DNA from: Bacteroides sp.
GTDB lineage: Bacteria; Bacteroidota; Bacteroidia; Bacteroidales; Bacteroidaceae
Length of the DNA stretch: 64,000 bases
Assembly: GCF_017992695.1 (NCBI RefSeq)
Contig: NZ_JAGOOC010000001.1
Direction: 5' to 3' (one strand)
The notes below the pieces were generated by a model. It was given only the letters and a program-made list of their open reading frames with translations. It was not told the DNA's origin and ran no database searches. Below, in pieces: positions 59,479 to 64,000 of this stretch. A program made the translations under genes and the position numbers. Every line of letters starts with the position of its first letter. The stretch's first letter is position 1.

Positions 59479-60537
59479 TTATTTATCAAGAATCAACATG
59501 GCATCACCGTACGTACCAAAGCGGTATCCCTCTTTAATGGCTAATTGGTAAGCGTCCATCACTTGGTCATAACCGCCAAAAGCAGCTACAATCATCAGCA
59601 AGGTAGAAAGGGGCAGATGGAAGTTAGAGATCATCGAGTTGGCCACCGTAAACTCATAAGGAGGGAAGATAAACTTATTGGTCCATCCTTCAAATTCCTT
59701 CAGGCGCCCATCGGTGCTTACCGCACTTTCAATGGCTCGCATAACAGTAGTACCTACGGCACACACGTTACGCCCCGTCTCCTTTGCACTGTTAACCGTT
59801 TGTACAGCCAGTTTATCCACAAGCATTTGCTCTGAATCCGATTTATGCTTCGTAAGGTCTTCTACGTCGATATCGCGGAAGTTACCTAACCCGGCATGAA
59901 GCGTGATGTAGGCAAAGTCAATGCCTTTAATTTCTAACCGCTTTAACAACTCTCGGCTGAAGTGAAGGCTGGCAGTAGGAGCGGTTACCGCACCCTCTCT
60001 CTTGGCAAAAATGGATTGAAAACGCTCAGCGTCAGCGGGCTCAACGGGGCGGTTAATGATGGTATGTGGAAGCGGTGTCTCACCTAAAAGATAGAGTGCT
60101 TTTTTAAACTCATCGTGTGGCCCATCGTAGAGAAAACGCAGTGTGCGACCACGCGAAGTGGTATTATCAATGACTTCAGCCACCATCGACTCATCCTCTC
60201 CAAAATAGAGCTTATTACCGATACGAATTTTACGGGCAGGGTCTACCAGTACATCCCATAAACGAAGATCCTCGTTCAATTCGCGCAACAAGAACACCTC
60301 GATACGAGCACCTGTTTTCTCCTTATTTCCGTACAAACGGGCAGGAAACACTTTGGTGTCATTAAAAACAAACACATCTTTATCATCAAAATAGTCCAAA
60401 ACATCTTTGAACAGTTGATGTTCAATCTTACCCGTTCGGCGGTGAAGCACTAATAGGCGCGATTCATCACGATGCTTGGTAGGATGCAAGGCAATCTTGT
60501 CCTCAGGTAATTTAAATTTAAATTGTGACAGTTTCAT
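59479..60537 (-). CDS. queA: SAM:tRNA ribosyltransferase-isomerase
   Basis: [29 protein letters not shown] and NFHLP. Confidence 0.97.
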   Translation of the reverse strand: MKLSQFKFKLPEDKIALHPTKHRDESRLLVLHRRTGKIEHQLFKDVLDYFDDKDVFVFNDTKVFPARLYGNKEKTGARIEVFLLRELNEDLRLWDVLVDPARKIRIGNKLYFGEDESMVAEVIDNTTSRGRTLRFLYDGPHDEFKKALYLLGETPLPHTIINRPVEPADAERFQSIFAKREGAVTAPTASLHFSRELLKRLEIKGIDFAYITLHAGLGNFRDIDVEDLTKHKSDSEQMLVDKLAVQTVNSAKETGRNVCAVGTTVMRAIESAVSTDGRLKEFEGWTNKFIFPPYEFTVANSMISNFHLPLSTLLMIVAAFGGYDQVMDAYQLAIKEGYRFGTYGDAMLILDK

Positions 60538-60561
60538 ATCTCTATACTTATTACGTTATTT

Positions 60562-61266
60562 TTATTCATTTGTTATCTCTACCGATTGAGTGTCAAGCCA
60601 TGCTGCAAACTCTTCGGGGTCAAGACAATCAGCCAATCGGATATCGCCTATGCGACTACGAATCAATCCGGTTAAATGAGCGCCACTTTCGAGCGCTACT
60701 CCAATATCGCGTGCCAAAGCGCGGATATAGGTTCCTTTGCTACACACTACCCGAATTTTAATCTCAGGCAAGTTGTATTCCAACAGTTCAATCTCGTCGA
60801 TAACGAGCAATTTGGGCTTTAACTCCACCTCCAGTCCCTTGCGAGCGAGGTCGTATGCACGCTCACCATCGACCTTACAAGCCGAGAAAGCGGGTGGCAC
60901 TTGTTGAATTTCACCAATAAAACGCTTCAACGTCTCCTCTACCAATTCGCGCGTAATGTGAGCCGTGGGGTAGGTGGCATCAATCTCTTTCTCCAAGTCA
61001 AATGATGGGGTTGTAGCGCCCAATCCGATGGTAGCAATGTACTCCTTCGTTTGGTACTGAAACTCCTCAATTCGCTTGGTAGCGCGTCCGGTACAAATAA
61101 TCATCACTCCGGTTGCCAACGGGTCGAGCGTACCGGCATGCCCCACCTTTAGCTTTTTCTCCTTAATTTTACGACCGACGATGTAGCGCACCTTGGCAAC
61201 CAGGTTGAACGATGTCCACGTCAGTGGTTTATTGAAATATAATACTTCTCCTTCTTTAAAATTCAT
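60562..61266 (-). CDS. truB: tRNA pseudouridine(55) synthase
   Basis: KVGHAGTLDPLATG, QVPPAFSA and CSKGTYIRALARD. Confidence 0.97.
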   Translation of the reverse strand: MNFKEGEVLYFNKPLTWTSFNLVAKVRYIVGRKIKEKKLKVGHAGTLDPLATGVMIICTGRATKRIEEFQYQTKEYIATIGLGATTPSFDLEKEIDATYPTAHITRELVEETLKRFIGEIQQVPPAFSACKVDGERAYDLARKGLEVELKPKLLVIDEIELLEYNLPEIKIRVVCSKGTYIRALARDIGVALESGAHLTGLIRSRIGDIRLADCLDPEEFAAWLDTQSVEITNE

Positions 61267-62120
61267 CAGGCAATTTCTAAATTATAACCCAGCATCAACA
61301 TCACTAAAATAGCTCCTCCCACAATAATTCGATACCAACCAAACGCCTTAAATCCATATTTCGTAATGAAATTGATAAAGAATTTGATGGCCAATAAAGC
61401 TACAACGAACGCCACTACATTACCAATAAGTAAAGCAGGCAAATTGTTCACCAAAATCGCTGTTCCACCATTTAAAAAAAGTTTCAACAGTTTGTATGCG
61501 GTGGCTGCAAACATGGTAGGCACAGCCAGAAAGAACGAAAACTCGGCTGCCGCCTTACGGGTTAACCGCTGCGACATACCTCCTACAATGGTAGCCATCG
61601 AACGCGAAACGCCTGGTATCATGGCAATGCATTGAAACAAGCCGATGCGAAATGCCCGTTTTTCAGTCATCTGCGTCTCTTCACTCCCTCTCGAGAATAT
61701 TTGGTCGCAAAACAGCATAAACACCCCACCAATAACCAGCATCACGGCCACTACGGCAACGCTCTCGAGCAGTTGGTCTATCGTGTCACTCAGCAAGAAG
61801 CCAAGCACAGCAGCGGGAATAAAGGCAACCAACAACTTCCAGTAAAAGTCGAACTTATGAAGCAAACGCTTCAAAGCCGATGCACCCACAGGGGCAGGAG
61901 TGTGGTTGAGTTTGAAAAAACGATTCCAGTAGAGGCACACTACTGACAAGATAGCTCCAAACTGAATAATAACCGTAAAGGCCTTCACAAACTCGGTGCT
62001 CTCTACGCCCAGCATGTTTTGGGCAATAATCATGTGTCCGGTAGAGGATACAGGCAAAAACTCCGTCAGCCCCTCTACGATAGCAATAATAATCGTTTGT
62101 AGTGTTGTTAAGTCTCCCAT
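61266..62120 (-). CDS. uppP: Undecaprenyl-diphosphatase (BacA)
   Basis: [14 protein letters not shown] and PGVSRS. Confidence 0.97.
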   Translation of the reverse strand: MGDLTTLQTIIIAIVEGLTEFLPVSSTGHMIIAQNMLGVESTEFVKAFTVIIQFGAILSVVCLYWNRFFKLNHTPAPVGASALKRLLHKFDFYWKLLVAFIPAAVLGFLLSDTIDQLLESVAVVAVMLVIGGVFMLFCDQIFSRGSEETQMTEKRAFRIGLFQCIAMIPGVSRSMATIVGGMSQRLTRKAAAEFSFFLAVPTMFAATAYKLLKLFLNGGTAILVNNLPALLIGNVVAFVVALLAIKFFINFITKYGFKAFGWYRIIVGGAILVMLMLGYNLEIA

Positions 62121-62123
62121 AGA

Positions 62124-62363
62124 TTACTCCTCGATTTTGTGTTTTGGTTTACGCAACACTGCATAAATCATAAAGATGAAACCCAAGAAACAGACCACAG
62201 GTGCTACCTTAATTCTGCGTGCGCTGAAAATATCGGGCTCAAAGGTCGTTTCAGTCGAAGAGGGTCCTGTCATGAGGATAAAGCCGATAATGACCACCAG
62301 CATACCCACGGCCAGCAGGATGAAGTTCATCTTATCGAAGGCAAATTTTTGTTTGTCAGCCAT
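62124..62363 (-). CDS. DUF3098-family small membrane protein
   Basis: Probable start MADKQK at 62363; FAFDKMNF..two TM helices..IFSARRIKVAP. Confidence 0.88.
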   Translation of the reverse strand: MADKQKFAFDKMNFILLAVGMLVVIIGFILMTGPSSTETTFEPDIFSARRIKVAPVVCFLGFIFMIYAVLRKPKHKIEE

Positions 62364-62380
62364 ATTGTTTAAATTATAAA

Positions 62381-63262
62381 TTATACGTAGTACAACGTGC
62401 TCGCTTTCATCCTCAAATACTTGTTGATAGACAAGTAAGCGCACAGAAAAGTAATCACGATTCCAAATACAAATACCGAGCCGGATACCAAGAACATAAC
62501 CATGGGCGTAATCACCCTAATTAACTCCGGTTCATAGGAGACCAGCCAATAGGCAGTACCCATTAGAATAGCATCGGCCATCGCTGCCGCCAGCACACCA
62601 CTCCAGATGTTTCGTTTTAGAAAAGGGGCACGAATAAATCCCCAACTTGCCCCGACCAGCTTCATCGTATGTATCAAGAATCGCTTGGAGTAGATGGCAA
62701 GTCGTATGGTATTGTTTATTAGCGCAAAAGAGATGAATGTAAGCACCAAAGCCAGCACCAGCAACACCAAACTAATCGTTCGAATGTTCTCATTCACTGC
62801 ATCAATCAAATCACGTTGATAGAGCACCTCGCGGATATTAGTGTTCTTCTTCATCAATTTCTCTATTTTGGCGATGCTATCTGAGTTGGCATAATCGGAG
62901 TTTAGCTTGATTTCGATGGAAGCGGTAAACGGATTGTATCCTAAGAACTCCTCCGGATCGGTTCCCATCGCTTCGGTTTGCTCTTGGAGCGCCTGCTTCT
63001 TCGAAATGTATTCCGACTGCTTGACAAAAGCCTCGTTATCCAACCTCTTCTGTAGACGAAGAATATCCGACTCTTTCATCTCATCACTAATGAGTACCGA
63101 GAAATTAATATTCTCACGCACATAAATCGAAAGATTATGTGCAGCCAGCACAAAGAACACCACCAATCCCAGCAACAGCAACACCAATGTGGTGCTAATG
63201 CTCGAGGTGATAAATTGCATATCGAAATAAGATACAGCGTTATTTTTGTTCTTCTTTTTCAT
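62381..63262 (-). CDS. ftsX: Cell division permease FtsX
   Basis: N-terminal TM helix, GYNP, NNTIRL and MKLVGA. Confidence 0.94.
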   Translation of the reverse strand: MKKKNKNNAVSYFDMQFITSSISTTLVLLLLGLVVFFVLAAHNLSIYVRENINFSVLISDEMKESDILRLQKRLDNEAFVKQSEYISKKQALQEQTEAMGTDPEEFLGYNPFTASIEIKLNSDYANSDSIAKIEKLMKKNTNIREVLYQRDLIDAVNENIRTISLVLLVLALVLTFISFALINNTIRLAIYSKRFLIHTMKLVGASWGFIRAPFLKRNIWSGVLAAAMADAILMGTAYWLVSYEPELIRVITPMVMFLVSGSVFVFGIVITFLCAYLSINKYLRMKASTLYYV

Positions 63263-63268
63263 CGTTAA

Positions 63269-64000
63269 TCAGCGTTTTTTCCGAAAGACATAGATCATTG
63301 AACTACTTCGCTCTTTCCTAGCCAAAGAACTAAGCCAAGCCATTGCACCAACGCGCAAACCTCTGAGAAACGAATGAGAGCGACCCAAATTCTTTTCGCT
63401 CAACATAGCTACATAAAAGGCATCAAAGGGCATAGGATGACGTGCAGCCATAATAAAACCGTGTTTCGAAGCCAGCTGTTGCATCGTAGCCGGAGTGAAG
63501 TGCCACAAATGTCGGGGCACATCATACGCCGCCCAATCGGCACCATAGTGCTCGGCATCATAAGAGGAGCAGTTGGGCACGGCTACAATGAGCGTTCCTG
63601 TTTCGTTAAGCAGCTGCTGCAAAAGCTCCCAGGTTTCGTTCAACGCCTCGAGGTGCTCCATCACGTGCCACAACGTAATAACATCAAATGTTTCGGGAGC
63701 AAACTCGCTCAAAGCCGCAGGGTCTTTCACTTCCATGACAAAATGTTCTTGCGCAAAGGCTCGGGCTTGCGGATTTTTCTCCACAGCCTCTACATCCCAG
63801 CCGCGTTGCTGCATCGTATGGGCAAAATATCCTGTTCCGGTACCGATATCAAGTAGTTTCCCCTCTTTACGGTGAGACTCTTTCATCACCAAATGCGCCT
63901 TACGCCTAAGCATGTAGCGACGTACCTGATGGTAAATGAAGTTCATTGCTCCTTTTTTGGTATCGGAGTGGGAGATATAATCGGGAGTTTCGTAATAACG
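63269..64000 (-). CDS. Class I SAM-dependent methyltransferase, 5' end beyond the window
   Basis: Frame open to the right edge (YYETPDYISHSDT); LLDIGTGTG, ITLWHVMEH and YDVPRHLWHF. Confidence 0.9.
   Translation of the reverse strand, partial: RYYETPDYISHSDTKKGAMNFIYHQVRRYMLRRKAHLVMKESHRKEGKLLDIGTGTGYFAHTMQQRGWDVEAVEKNPQARAFAQEHFVMEVKDPAALSEFAPETFDVITLWHVMEHLEALNETWELLQQLLNETGTLIVAVPNCSSYDAEHYGADWAAYDVPRHLWHFTPATMQQLASKHGFIMAARHPMPFDAFYVAMLSEKNLGRSHSFLRGLRVGAMAWLSSLARKERSSSMIYVFRKKR

Noticed and set aside
2210-62444. Long N-terminal extensions in the ORF track (2210, 22833, 29081, 32604, 43589, 46540, 56898, 62444)
   Set aside because: They overlap neighbouring genes, promoters or hairpins; downstream starts fit signal peptides, -7 boxes and operon coupling better

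Overview
Bacteroidales chromosome segment, most likely Bacteroides or a close relative. The evidence is TAnnTTTG -7 promoter boxes, A-rich start contexts without Shine-Dalgarno motifs, and typical Bacteroides gene content. It is mostly housekeeping: about 50 intact CDSs covering DNA repair and replication (ruvB, uvrC, polA), tRNA/rRNA maturation (mnmG, mnmD, queA, queG, truB, ybeY, rnpA, dtd, tyrS), peptidases (M16, S46, S9, S41), kduI/kduD, metK, folK and ftsX, plus one tRNA-Gln(TTG). A near-perfect parS palindrome directly after mnmG suggests the region lies near the replication origin, but no oriC could be located. One accessory, AT-richer island of about 4.7 kb lies between polA and cysE. 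It holds a 47-bp IS3-like end scar, a 5'-truncated gene, a TPR/transmembrane/LuxR-HTH regulator followed by a TRL-like lipoprotein and a secreted partner, an orphan zinc-ribbon protein, and a decayed CBM9-like pseudogene. The most interesting non-coding signals are a SAM-II riboswitch whose pseudoknot buries the AUG of a 26-codon leader ORF upstream of metK, two 23-bp-period arrays of palindromic units, and a dispersed palindromic intergenic repeat. No CRISPR array, prophage or intact transposase was seen. Family assignments come from motif recognition, not database searches.
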